Assembly: GCA_003427395.1 (NCBI GenBank)
Contig: BFEA01000008.1
Location: 6,038,544-6,102,543 of the forward strand
Reading direction: 5' to 3'
Length of the DNA stretch: 64,000 bases
Source: Chara braunii
Taxonomy: Eukaryota; Plantae; Charophyceae
The notes under the pieces: model-generated
What the model saw: only the letters and a program-made list of their open reading frames with translations
Told to the model about the DNA's origin: nothing
The model's database searches: none
Shown here: positions 50,641-62,697 of the stretch, one piece after another
Layout of the letters: every line of letters begins with the position of its first letter
Numbering within the stretch: position 1 is the stretch's first letter
Translations under genes and position numbers: made by a program

Positions 50641-51997
50641 AAATAGCAAAATGGACCCTGACAAGGGTCATTTTTTTTTAAATGGGCACTGCGGTCCCCG
50701 TGCATGACTGCTTGAGAAAGGCGGATAAAGAATGGGCTGGAATGAGCGATGTGAATGGAAAAGGTTGTCGGGTCGGTCATTGAAATAGCCATGCGAAATG
50801 TTAAAAGAAAGTGATGTGAATGGAAAAGGTCGACGGGTCGGTCATTGAAATAGTCATGAGGAAGGCTGAAATAGATGGATGTGTATGGAAAAGACCGATG
50901 GGTCAGTCAAAGAAAAAACTTTGAAAAAGAAAAGAATTGAGAAGGGAAAGATCAACGGATTGGACGAAAGAGGCAGACGTCAGAATGAGAAAGATGAAAG
51001 ATTGGGAAGACTGTTGGGTTGGCTATGAGAAATGACTTGTGAGAAAAAATTGGGGATTAAGGATGGACCGATGAGTCGGTTATGACAAGTGACCTATTTA
51101 AAAGAGGCCGCCGAATCGGTCATAAGAGGTAGCCTTATTGAAAAGAGGCTGTCGGATCAGCCTTGAGAAAAAGTTGGAAAGGTATTGGATTGAGCGTTTG
51201 CCTGAGAATTGGAAATTGCATTACATAAACAGGGGACCCTAGGCAAATTGAAAAGAGGTCGCAGGATCGACCATGGAAATAGCGAGAGATTGAACCTTCC
51301 TCCTTCTTCTAGTCTTAGGCTTCAACATGAGGGGGATATTGTTGTCTGCACCGCGACCCCGGGACCTCTACCCCATAGGAAAATGTCCAAGCGCGACATG
51401 TTCCTCATAAGTAGGACACTAGGTTAAAGGATTAAGATATCGGATACAATACTCGACATCCGGAACCAGCTCTGACAATGAGCTATAGCCGAAGGGTTCA
51501 AATTGCGCCTCACGTTGAGTTCCTAAAACCTCCAGGGCGCCAAGATGGGCCGATAGTTTGCTCTGCTAGGTCTTGATGACCCACTCCAACCATACGCCAC
51601 GCCACTGAAGGGCGGCCTGACCGTTTGGGATGGACCAAGGCTGCGCGCATTAAGTGAAGTGACACCGTCCAAGGGGAAGGTCGGGGCGAGGTACCGGGTG
51701 GAGTCCGCCACCACCACAGGGCATTGACACTGCTCTGCTGGAACAGTATAACCATTTCATAGACTAACCGCGAGGTCTTCGTAACTGCATTCACAAACTA
51801 ATAAGATAGCCCCAACTCTCTTCAGAAGGAAGAGGCTGGATCCATAAAACTTACCAATTGGGAGAAACGATTCACGAGGAAGCCACTTACGGTATGACGG
51901 GGTCGTGGGAGGCATGCACTGGACCTGCCTGTCAGATGCGAGGAGGTACCTCAATGATGACGCCTGTCCCTAAAGAAGTGGCCGCCGGACTAAGTGG

Positions 51998-53479
51998 CTA
52001 GCTTTCCAGCCCGGGCGCCCGGGCCACCCCAGGTCGCCCGGAAGGGCGCTCGGGGTGCTCGGCCGTGCGACCCCCCCGGCCAGGCACCCGGGCCCCCACA
52101 GCACCGCCCACCAAATCGTTTTAAAAAAAAAAATCCACACCGTGGGCTGAAGGTCCACAGGAAAAAAAAAATTATGCCTGCAGCCGCAATTTTTTTCGGG
52201 GTCCGGTAGACCCCATTTCGTTTTTTTTTTTTTTGGCACCTGGGTCGTCGATCTGCGTTGATCGACGGCACGGAAGTCCCAAAGTTTTGAATTCGAATCT
52301 TGGGACTCCGCGCGCAGCCCTGTGCCCTTCGCCCTACCCCCCCGCGCCAGGTCGTTTCCCCGCCGTAGTCGACCGTGCCGTTGTCGCCCTGCCGTGGTTG
52401 CCATCGTCATCCTTGCCCTGCTGAGTCGTCGTCGTCACCCTGCCACCCTCAAGCCGCGCCATCATCGTCGCTGTCAAGCCGCGCCATCCTCCTCGCCCCC
52501 GAGGAAGAGTGCCTGCGTCGCCATCGCCCACTCAGGTAAGTTTTTTTTTTTCTTATTTTTCTTTTTGTTTTTCTCTTCTTCTTCTTCTTCTTCTTCTTCT
52601 TCTTCTTCTTTTCTTCTTCTTCGTTTCGTCTCATTCTTCTTCCTCTTCTTCTCCTCCTCCATTTCGTCGTGTTCTTTTCTTTCTTCGTCATTTCTTCGTC
52701 TTCTTCTTTTTCTTCTTTGTCGTTTCTTCTTCTTCTATATCTTCTTCTTCTTCATCGATTCTTCTTAAAGTTTCCCTTCTTCTTCATCATCTTCCTCTTC
52801 CTCCTCTCCTTACTGTATTCAGTTCGTCTTCGACGCCATAGTCTTCTTCTTCTTCATTAGACCTGTGCTCCTTGTAGCCTCCTACCTCCTCCTACCTCCT
52901 CCTACCTTTGTTAGAGTTCTGCTCCTACCTCCTCGTACCTCCTGCCATAATCCTTCGTCCTTCCTCCCGCCATAGTCCTCCCTTCTCCATCCCGCTATGG
53001 TCATCCCTCACACCATAGCCTTCCTCGTCCCTCCCGCCACAATCCTCCTTCCTCCATCCCGCTTTTGTCATCCCTTACACCATAGCCTTCCTCCTCCCTC
53101 CCGCAAGAGTGTCTCCCTCCTCCTTCCTGCCACAGTCCTCCCTCCTCCCTCCCGCCAGATCACCTCCCTCCCTGCCTGCCATATCTCCTTTTCCCTTCCT
53201 CCCTCCTCCCTCCTCAGACGTGGCAGCCGTCCCTCCTCCTCCCTCTTGCCAGATCGCCTCCCGCCCTCCCTGTCCGCCATAACTTCCCTTCTCCCTCCTC
53301 CCTCCTTCCACGTGGCACGCCTCTCTCCTCCTCCCTCCCTGCAGGTCAGACAACCCATAATCCACCCCGCTCCTGCACCCCCTCCCCTCACCAGCCCCAA
53401 AACACAAACTCATATGCACGGAAATTCAAAATGGGGCCGGATTTGGGCAGTACTAGGAAAGCGCAGCAAGGTGCTGCAG

Positions 53480-53510
<31 letters not shown>

Positions 53511-53578
53511 GATTTTTTGCATGCTCGGGGTACCCCGGGCGGGGTCCCTACCCAGGCGAGGCGCCCCGGGAAAGTTAG
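51998..53578. mobile_element. Non-autonomous TIR transposon with an 8-bp TSD and (CTT)n/(CCT)n interior
   Basis: TSD ctaagtgg (51990-51997 / 53579-53586); TIR ctagctttcc / rc ctaactttcc. Confidence 0.88.
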
Positions 53579-53799
53579 CTAAGTGGAGGATAGAGTGAGT
53601 TATCAGCAGGGGGAGGACTGATCACCCAACCTTTTAGGGGCTGATGGGCCGGCGTCCGTCCACTTAGTTGGCAGGCAAGGTCTGCGTACCTCCGAGTGAG
53701 AACCAGTTGCGCGATGAGGACATCACAATTGAGTGGGGAGAAGGCATGTCATCTACTCGATGACAAAGCATGCGAAAGGAACAACAAATAAAAGTTCAG

Positions 53800-54360
53800 G
53801 TTTTAGAAAGGTCTGGCAAGATGCCAGAAAGAAGCTTATGTGAGAATGGATCGAGCTTGGGTTTGAGAAAAGTCTGGCAAGACGCTAGAAAGAAGCTGAT
53901 TGAGCTTGGACTTTAGAGAAGTTTGGCAAGGCGCCAAAAAAAAACTGATTAAGCTTGGACTCGAGAAAAGCACGGCAAAATGCCAGAAAGCAACTCATTG
54001 AGTTTGACCTTTAGAAACGTCTTGCAAGACGCCAGAAAGAAACTGATTGAGCTCGGACTTGAGAAAGGTCTGGCAAGACGCCATATAGAAATTGATTGAG
54101 CTTGGACTTCAGAAAGGTCTGGCAAGACGCCAAAGAGAAAAATGAATGTAGAATTGATTGAGTTTGGGCATGAGAAAGGTTTTGCAAGACGCAAGAGAGA
54201 AATGTATGTAAAATGGGTTGAGCTTGGGCTTGAAAAAGGCCTGGCTGAACGCCATAAATAAATGTATGTAAAATTGATTGAGCTTGGGAGTAAGAAAGGT
54301 CTGGCAAGATGCCCGGGAAGAAACATATGTAAAAATCGACTGACCTCGGACTTAAGAAAA
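53800..54360. repeat. ~55-60-bp tandem array x9-10
   Basis: ttgagcttggacttgagaaaggtctggcaagacgcc units. Confidence 0.9.
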
Positions 54361-54769
54361 AACGTGTCAATTTTTTTTTTTTAAAGAACTGTCTCAAAAG
54401 CATACCAAGAGAAACTTGTCAGAATGTCCAAGAAGAATCATAGAAGAAACTGTCTAAGAAAGCATCGAGGAAACTAGCAGACCGGACTGGAAAAATCGCA
54501 AGAAAACAACTTGAGAATGACTTGAGAGGGCTAACAAAATAGTCATGAAAAACACAGGAAGAGACTGCATGAAAATGAGTATGGAAGCCTACGAAGAGGC
54601 TGAAGGCATTAGATGAGACCAAATACGAAAGGACAGCAAAAAACAAAGAGAATGGGCGGGTTAAGAATGAGACCGAAAGAAAGGAAACAAACTAGACTTG
54701 AAACCTCAAGCAGGCACAAGACCAAGAAAGAGGGGAGTATCGCATTTGAATGGGGGGAAAAAGATGGTC

Positions 54770-54915
54770 AGAAACACGGATTGCACGGGTCAAAAAATCG
54801 ATTTTATGATGCATTGAGAATGGCCAGGAACACGGATTGCACGGGCCAAAAAACCGATTATATGATGCATTGAGAATGGCCAGAAACACGGATTGCACGG
54901 ACCAAAAAGTTGATT
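54770..54915. repeat. 56-bp tandem repeat x2.6
   Basis: aacacggattgcacgggccaaaaaaccgattatatgatgcattgagaatggcc. Confidence 0.9.
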
Positions 54916-56821
54916 ATGGGGATGAGTCAAGCATGGAAAAGAAACACGGACTACAGAAGCTATAGGGCGGAAGGCAGAGGAACGACATAACGAAAAAATT
55001 GAGAAAAGGACCCTGACAAGCTAACCACATATCGTATCTCACTCCCTCACTCTTATCTGTCTTTCCCCAAGCCATTGTTCTCATTAACCATTGACTGGTA
55101 AGCGATGAGGACATCGTGAATGAGTTGGGGGAATGTGTCGGGACCGGTGGGTCCCAAAACAAGTCATGACCCTTGAGAGATGGTATTTGGCAGGATTGTG
55201 CACAACAAAGAAACAGGAGAAAAAAAAGATAGAAAGGACGGAAGGCTAAGGCATAAGTGACGGCATCTAGGGGCCTAGAGAATGCCCTGGTTCGTCGAAA
55301 CCAGCGGACCAATAAGAAATTATTAGAATCTTAAGCGACAAAGAGTTACAAGAGAATAATAAAGGCGACCCTTCTTCCCAAAAGAAGAAGGACCGCCGGG
55401 AAAAATAATAGCCTCGGCGGAACACCGCATGAAGAAAAATTTCAGGGAGGTTAAGAAAATGGTGTTGGGGCACCGATACGTGAGAACGAAGCACGGAGCC
55501 AAGGGTGGCCACCGGAGTGCGATATAAGAAAGACCAAAATATCATAAGCCAAGTAAAGAGTCGCGGCCGGAAAAACCAGCACGCATGGGACATAGAAAAA
55601 TAATAGAAAGGGTCAGTTATAGGGTGGAAATTAACAAGAGAGACAAGGAGACCGCAATGAAAATTGTCGGGCACCATATGAGACTAAGTAAAGATAACGA
55701 CATTTTCGGGCCAAGTGCCGACGGGACCACCGATGGGACAAGTGCCGGCAGGACCACCGACAGGACAAATGTCAGGGACTAGCGCGAGACAACTAGCGGG
55801 GACTTCCCAGACTTGTGATGTCTCAAGGTAAAGTTGTGGAGGGCCATGAAAAAAATATGCCCAAGGCAAGTAGTGTTGCCAAGATCAAAATCTAGACTAT
55901 CAAGAATATCAGAATTACTAGTGCAAGCACTAGTGGAGGCAAACGAGATGGCCAAAGGAAAAAAGAAAACAAAAGAAAGCAAGGGAAGAGGCATGCCAGC
56001 AATCTGAAATATCTCGGACTAGCCACCTTGAGGAAAATGGAGCCTAGAGAGGCTCCATATGAAAAATAGGCTCCCGGGAGAAAATCGGAGCAATTGGGGT
56101 CACAGTTTGTAAGAGAGGGGGGCAAAAGGGGGTTCCCATGGGCATTGGGGAACCTCAATTGCAGTCTGAGAATTAATGGACTGCACCTTGGGCATAGGAA
56201 GGGCCAAAACTAAGNGGAAGGGCCTAGAAAAGACCTTAACGGCTAGTTGACACTTGACATACTAGAAAAAAAAAAAAAAAGAAAAAAAAAAAAGGTGGGA
56301 GAATAAGATAAAATGGAGTGAAAGGGAGTTAGTGAGTTGGCCGTTAGGTAAAAAACAGTCACTTGGGGAGATACATCCATGACCGGTTACATTATGAGAT
56401 ATGACAGTTGCAAAGGATCCTGATTTTCTTTTGATTTTGTAGAGAATATAAAAAAAAATCAAGGCCCAATGCAACCGAGATACAATGGATTGCATGGGGG
56501 AGGAAAAACACATGTTTCAGATGCATATGGGGCGAATATTGAGTCCGGATGCACTAGGGAGTTGACCGCTATGCCTGGTTTCCGTTTAAGGCATGTTGTG
56601 GGGCCATGAGGCTAGGAAAAAAATCATTATGGCAGTCCGAGAAATAACGGACTGCATGGGGGTGCCTAGGCCAAAAAGAAAAGGGTCTTGGCTCACACAA
56701 GACACTAAAAGATAGTGTCTAGTGTCTTTGACTTGGGCAAATAAAGACGGTAAATCGAGGCCACGAGATGGTGGATCTCGTGACCTAGAATATTTGCAGC
56801 ACTTGAGGCTCATGAGAAAAA

Positions 56822-57795
56822 AACACTGAATTCGTGAAAACCTAACAAAACCACAAAACCTAACATTTTTTATAGAATGAAAAAGTAAAAGTCAAACTCT
56901 TATTTTTGACACATTAAAGAGAGTGTTTTTAATTTTTTTCCGAGAAAGGAGGCAAAAAAATGGGCAAAAAGTCTAGTAATTCTCAAAATGTGCAAAAAAA
57001 CTCTTTCTAATAAAAAAACATTTTATAGGACTTTAAGTCTATAAGTCATTTTCAGTAGATTGACAAAAAGCATAGCTCAAACAATCAATCTCTAAGGACT
57101 GCAAGGTGAACTTGAAAGACGTTAAAAAATCAGTTTCAGTGAATACTCATTTATAAAACTATAAGTCATTATCTGCAGTTTGGTAAAAACCAAGTTCTAT
57201 GAAAACTAATTTATAGAACTATAAATTAATATAACCAATTTTAAAGTTTACTATAAAATCTTTGTCAAAAAATATATGTTATGTAAAACAAGAATTCAAA
57301 CAACTTTTGCTTTTGAGACAACTTCAAATTTTTAGCCAACCACGATTTAAAATAAAAAAATGGAAAACTATTTAAAAAAAAAAAATACAAAAAATAATAT
57401 ATTTGTCCATGTATGAGATAACATATCCAGGAGAATGTATTTGTGAATAGGAGAATATATGTGTATGTTTAAGGAACCTCGGAATAGGTTCATCGTGCTA
57501 CATACCTTAAAGAACTATAAATTTGATTTTTTTAAATAAAAAAAAAATTGGGATATTTCGATTCTTGAACAAACGGTGCTTTGCAAGGTAGTGATTTTTT
57601 GTAAAAAGACTTGCTTCTCTCTTCACCACTTCTAATGGTTTAAAAAAAGTACCTTTCTATTCATTTTTTGCGGTTAATTTACTTCACATAGAATGTTGTT
57701 CATGTAGGAGGCCTGGAAATATATTATTTGAATGTTTAAAACTTTTCGTGCAAACCTAACAACTTTTTTTGTTAGGTTTTCACGAATCCTATGTT
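56822..57795. mobile_element. AT-rich MITE-like element with ~29-bp TIRs
   Basis: aacactgaattcgtgaaaacctaacaaaa / rc aacataggattcgtgaaaacctaacaaaa; TSD unclear because both flanks are A runs. Confidence 0.75.
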
Positions 57796-58550
57796 AAAAG
57801 GGATTGGGGCTACCGAAACAAGATAGCCACAAGTAAAAATGGAACATCACCGTGAATGATGTCGATGATTAAATGGAGTCAAATAAAAATAGTTAAAAAC
57901 TTGGGACATGCGTCGGTGGGACCACCGCCACGCCTAAAATTGAACTAGCATGGAAGAATGGCGGGGACTTGAGTAGTCCCGACTCCCAAGGAAACAATGA
58001 TCTAGTAAAAGAGGAGTGTGCAAACAAGTTGTATCGTCATGATCAAGATCTTCACGGTAAAGAATATTAGCCACTGTGAGTATAAAAGTGAGAGTGCCTA
58101 GGGAGAGGGTGCTAGAAGGCAGAAATAAAAGAAAAATGGTAAAGGAGGGACTGCCCAGCAGTCCAAGATATCTCGGTCCAGCAAGGCACAACAAAATAGA
58201 GTCTCAATGATTTCTATGCAGAAAATAAGTTGCCAAGGAAAAATCAGAGCACAAGGGGGCTCAAAGATAAGAAAACGGAGGCAAACGAGTGCCCACATGA
58301 GCCTAGGGGCATCATTATTGCAATCCGAGTTGCAAGGGTCAACTGCTGGCCACGAATCTGATCATGAATGAGGTCCTAAGGCCTAGAAAGAGGGTGCACA
58401 ACCCCTTGACACTTGTCACAACAGAAGTAAAAAAAACAAAAAAAAAAAAGAGAAAAAAATAAGGAAGGATGAGACAAAAGGGAAGAAAAGAGTGGAGGAG
58501 AATGTGCCGGCCAATTGGGACTGGCACAGTAGGGACTGACCAAGAGGAAT

Positions 58551-58553
<3 letters not shown>

Positions 58554-58591
<38 letters not shown>
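58554..58591 (-). repeat. T38 tract, probable poly(A) tail of a minus-strand retroposon
   Basis: Pure homopolymer; the body is cut 6 nt later by the LTR at 58598. Confidence 0.5.
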
Positions 58592-58593
<2 letters not shown>

Positions 58594-58597
58594 ATGT

Positions 58598-59688
58598 TGT
58601 CAGATCAGGGGATCCCTATCAGTTAGGACGTTGGACCCGGTTCGCAGTCCAAGCCCAAGTTGGGTAATGACCCTAGGCAGAGGTGTAGATCCCACTAGCA
58701 ATTTGAAAGAGGATTGAATATTAAATAAAAAAAAGTTGAATGTGGATGTGCTTGTGGAGAGGTGCAGAAAAGCAGATCGATCTTGAGTTTCTGCACCCTT
58801 CCACAAACACATCCAGATTCAAGTTCTCAGTTCAATCCTCTTCGCTGGTGGGAGCTCGCCCCAGTATTTCAAGATTGTTTGTATGAGTTTTTTTTAATTT
58901 TGTTGAAATAGTCTCATCATCATCAACCAGAACCAATGTTGATATCCTATTTGGCGCTCAACGCCAGACTACAAATGACAGATCCTATCTAGTCTAGACT
59001 ACAATGTCGTTGATGACGTCAACACCTTCCCAAATACGAGCAGATATCAATCAATGTCGCCCGCCTCAAGCACCAGGTATGTCTCTCGTATCACTCACAA
59101 CCTCGTTCCCCAACTCACAGATGCCTCTTGTAGCCAAGGACCACCATGCACCCCATCCAGCATACAGCAACGCAGCTCGACTATGGCTGCCTGCTCCTTC
59201 CAGCTCGCCCCTTAGCTCGTGAGTCTGGCCAGCGTTACCGCAGCAGTGCTTTCGCAGCATGCAGCCAGTGCCCGAATGTCTAATGCGTAGGCAGGTCCTT
59301 CCCTATATCGAAGTGGCCTGCTGCTGCGTGCAGTACTGAGGCACTGGGCCTGACCCAGAAGCTTCCGGTAGGCCCCACGAGGTTGAGCCTTAGTCCGAAG
59401 TAAACGGGCCCAGGGCCTGTGGTGGTTACCAGCACCCAACTACCCTCAGCCTTTGTTCGGTCCACTTTGTGTATCCGACCCAGAGCCTGCCTCAATTACA
59501 TGCAATGAAAGGCAGCCTGGGCCTGGGCGCTTCCAACCAACTGGCGCTGCGCAACTGCCTGAATTTCCCCATTTGCGTGATGACCCTAAAATGGCTTGTA
59601 GGGCCTCGGTCGTGCCTGCCTTCACTTAGGGCGGCCGACTGTGTGAAAAATAGGCCCTGTAGGGCATATCGAGGCCCTATACCTGACA
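58598..59688 (-). repeat. 3' LTR of the third chromovirus
   Basis: TGTCAG...CTGACA termini; PPT rc ggaggagggaa at 59689-59699. Confidence 0.85.
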
Positions 59689-59724
59689 TTCCCTCCTCCA
59701 TACTTCGATAGTCCTCTGAGAAGT

Positions 59725-62126
59725 TCAATCTTTGATAATCTGACGTTTTTCTTTCTGCAGAGACTTCTCGTAGTGAGCGACGACCTGTGGAGCGGTCTGC
59801 ATCAGTTTCACCTGTGTGAACCATCTATCCTCTTTTGGATCAGTGTAATGTCTGAACTGAACCTGGTATTGCAGCTTCGGTTTTGGAGGACGTCCTCTGC
59901 CTGAAGGTCTTGGAACTGGCATCTCCCTGTGATCAACGATGTCGTCGATGCCGACCTCTCCATCCATGGTTGGGAACACCATAGAGCGACGAGAGGGAAA
60001 CTGATAAGTTTCCTTGAATGGTGCAAGCCTGGAGGCATGAAAGACAGGGTAAGTGCAGAGATGACCAGGGAATCCGATCTAGATAACATAGGATGGCCCT
60101 TCTGGATTTTCCCCAACAACATCCAGAACCTCCCATGGTCCAAAATATTGTGGCATGAGCTTACGGGAGATCCCGTGCTCCTGTCCCAGTTCTGAGGATT
60201 TTACCCGGACTTTGTCCCCTACCTGAAATGTAGAAAGGCAGTTGCTTTTGTTCTCAGACTCTATCATCGTCGCTTGTGCCTTACGCATCTGTTCTACTGC
60301 CTTCTCCATCAATTGCTCATAGTGATAGGCAAACTCAAGTGTGCCCGGTGCAACAATTGACTGATTGTCAAGTAGCAGAAAGTCTAGGGGCAGTCTAGGC
60401 TTGAAAGTCAATAACAAACTGTTAGGACTTACTCCAATGGCACTGCGGACAACGTTGTTGTACAGGCTGGTGATGAGAGCAAGTTTCTCATCCCTGTCCA
60501 CCTAATTGGGCTTCATATAACGCCGCAACAGGTGTCGTACAATGCGGTTCAGCTGCTCTGCTTGGCCATTGGCCTCTGGATGGTTCCCATAAGTCATCTG
60601 CAGTTGTGTTCCCTGTTCTGCAGCTGCATCTTTCCACAAATCACTCGTAAATCTGACATCCCTGTCACTCACAATAAACTTTCGAAGCCCAAAGTCTCTG
60701 ACCCAGTTTTCTTTGAACAACTTGATCACATACTCGGTCTTAGTTGTAGCAGGCATTGCAACTAACCTAGCGAACTTACTAAATCTATCCACAATGACTA
60801 ACATATCCATGAAATCCATGGACAGGCTTTCACTAGGCCTTTCGGAAATGGGAAAGGGCTTGAGCAACCCAAGAGGAGTCTGTGTCCAGGGCTTGTCTCG
60901 TTGACAAACTTGACAAGTCTCAACATACAGTTTGACATCTGTCATCATCGTGGGCCACCAGAACCGCAGCAACAAATTGGCTACAGTTTTCTTGAAACCA
61001 AAATGGTCGGTGACGTCATGACACTCTCATAGAAATAAATTACGCAAAGACTCCCTATTAGGCACACACAAACGTTTATTCCCATCCTTCTCAAGGAAAA
61101 GCAAGCCGTTGACCAACTCAAACTCGGCAAAAGTCACTTTGTCCTTCGCCTGGAGTCTACGAATGATATCAGACATAACCGGATCCTCGCGATAGACTTC
61201 CACCATAGAACGAGTGACATCGTCCTCAAGCCCGATCTCAATGATCAGCGCACCAGAGAAGTCAGACCTACGTGATAAGGCATCAACAACTTTGTTGTAC
61301 GCCCCCTTCAGATACCGGGGTTCGAAGTCATACTGTTCAGTGACTTCGATCCAGCGCTTCAAGGCATCCGAGAGCACAGGCTGAGTTCATATCCACTTCA
61401 GGGTCTGGTGATCAGTCCTGACGATGAAGCACCTCCCAATGAGATAATGTCTACAATGGGTCAGTGCCTTGTAAATCACGTAGAGCTCCTTCTCATAGGT
61501 GGACTTAGCCAACTTTTGAGAGGGCATCCTTTTGGACATGTACTTGACTGGCCTAAACTTTAGCCCCTCCTACTGTGCGAGCACGGTGCCTATGCCATAT
61601 TGCCTAGCATCCATGGTTACTACAAACGGTTGTCAGGGTCAAGAAGTTTCAAGACCTCATGGTGCGTCAACGCATGCTTCAGATGTCTTAAACCAGCCTC
61701 ACACTTATCTGTCCACTCCCATGGGGTGTCAAGGTGCGTCAGGTCAGTCAAAGGGGCAGCCACTGTGCTATAGTTCTTAACAAAATTACGGAGTAGCCGG
61801 TCATTTCTAAGAAAGACCTCATCCCAGTCACAGACAGAGGACGCGGCCAGTCACGAATGCTGGCCACCTTCGTGTCATTGAGCTGCAATCCCTCCATGGA
61901 AATCTCATGACCCAAGTACAGGATACGGGTGTGGCCAAACTCGCACTTCTCACCGTTGATCTTGAACTTGTGATGTCGAAGGAGACTAAGGACTTTGTCC
62001 AAATGAGCTACATGCTCTTCGACAGTCCTACTAAAGATAAGAATGTCATCGAGGTACACGATGACAAACTTGTCCAAGTAGTCATGAAAGATCCGATTCA
62101 TTGCATGCTGAAAGGTGCTAGGAGCG
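59725..62126 (-). pseudogene. Chromoviral pol: RT, RNaseH, integrase and chromodomain
   Basis: APSTFQHAMNRIF..YLDD; YLKGAYNKVVDALSR; FWWP..C..CQ; IVSDRD, HPEANGQAE, YFGPW; IDDIVDHR...YQVQF...EDRWF. Confidence 0.95.
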
Positions 62127-62697
62127 CGAATGGCATGATAGCGCAGTGGTTAGCGCAATGGTTGGAAATGCACATGTCGCCAAGAGGTCGTGGGCTCAAA
62201 CCCCGCCTCATGCATATGCCGCCGACGGGCATTGGACAAGATGCACATGCCATTCGCACACCGAGTGTAGTATCCAGGCGCGCTTTGGGCGCGTGTGTGA
62301 GGACTTTGTCCGGGGATGCTCCAGGTCTACGAACCAACGGAGCGGGCGCGCTTCATCAAGCATACCGCAATGGATACTACTACTCCCCTTGAAGTTGTTG
62401 AGAGCCATGGGGGAATTCAGCAGCCCTGGATGGGGTGGTCTCGGTGGCGGATTGCGTCCCGCAGAGAGCCCCCGGACAGCCTCCCCCTAGCAGGGCCTTG
62501 CATCCTTGCGGTACCACTGCGACTGTGGTACCATGATGTCTCCCGGCAGATGGTGCCACAGGGATGGGAGACCCTGAGTTGGAGAGGGCTGTACTGGATG
62601 GCAAGCGTGCAGGTAGCACCAGTCCCGTGACGATATCTGCGGTGTGAGTGTGGGTGGTGAGGCTAAGCCAATTCTTGAGTGAGTTCTGTGAGGCCAC
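62127..62697 (+). mobile_element. tRNA-derived SINE (or a retroposon with a tRNA head) inserted in RT
   Basis: A box TAGCGCAGTGG at 62139-62149, B box-like GGCTCAAACCC at 62193-62203, D-stem gcgc/gcgc, T-stem gtggg/cccgc, acceptor gcatga/tcatgc; anticodon arm degenerate. Confidence 0.75.

Larger units (their letters stand above)
51340..58553 (+). repeat. Probable long 3' LTR of the large Gypsy (end not seen)
   Basis: PPT-like gagggggata followed by t and TGTTG at 51340; non-coding; internal repeat arrays. Confidence 0.45.

Noticed and set aside
52540-53400. Phe/Ser- or Glu/Lys-rich ORFs
   Set aside because: They are translations of (CTT)n/(CCT)n simple repeats inside a non-autonomous transposon.
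53800-54360. CRISPR-like repeat/spacer appearance
   Set aside because: Spacers are related to each other, the repeats are degenerate, there are no cas genes and the context is a eukaryotic retroelement.
58598-58609. 12-nt identity (tgtcagatcagg) between this LTR end and the post-PBS region of the other family
   Set aside because: Too short, with no extension, so it cannot be separated from chance.
62119-62126. TAGG as a hAT terminus
   Set aside because: These bases are RT codons (APSTFQ) on the minus strand; the insertion starts at ~62127.
62132-62214. Functional tRNA gene
   Set aside because: The anticodon arm is not canonical, the B box is mutated, there is no Pol III terminator and it interrupts an RT frame, so it is a SINE head.
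62260-62697. HDV-like or hammerhead ribozyme in the SINE body (gcgaatgg and ggctaag words)
   Set aside because: I could not build the nested pseudoknot or find a CUGANGA/GAAA core.
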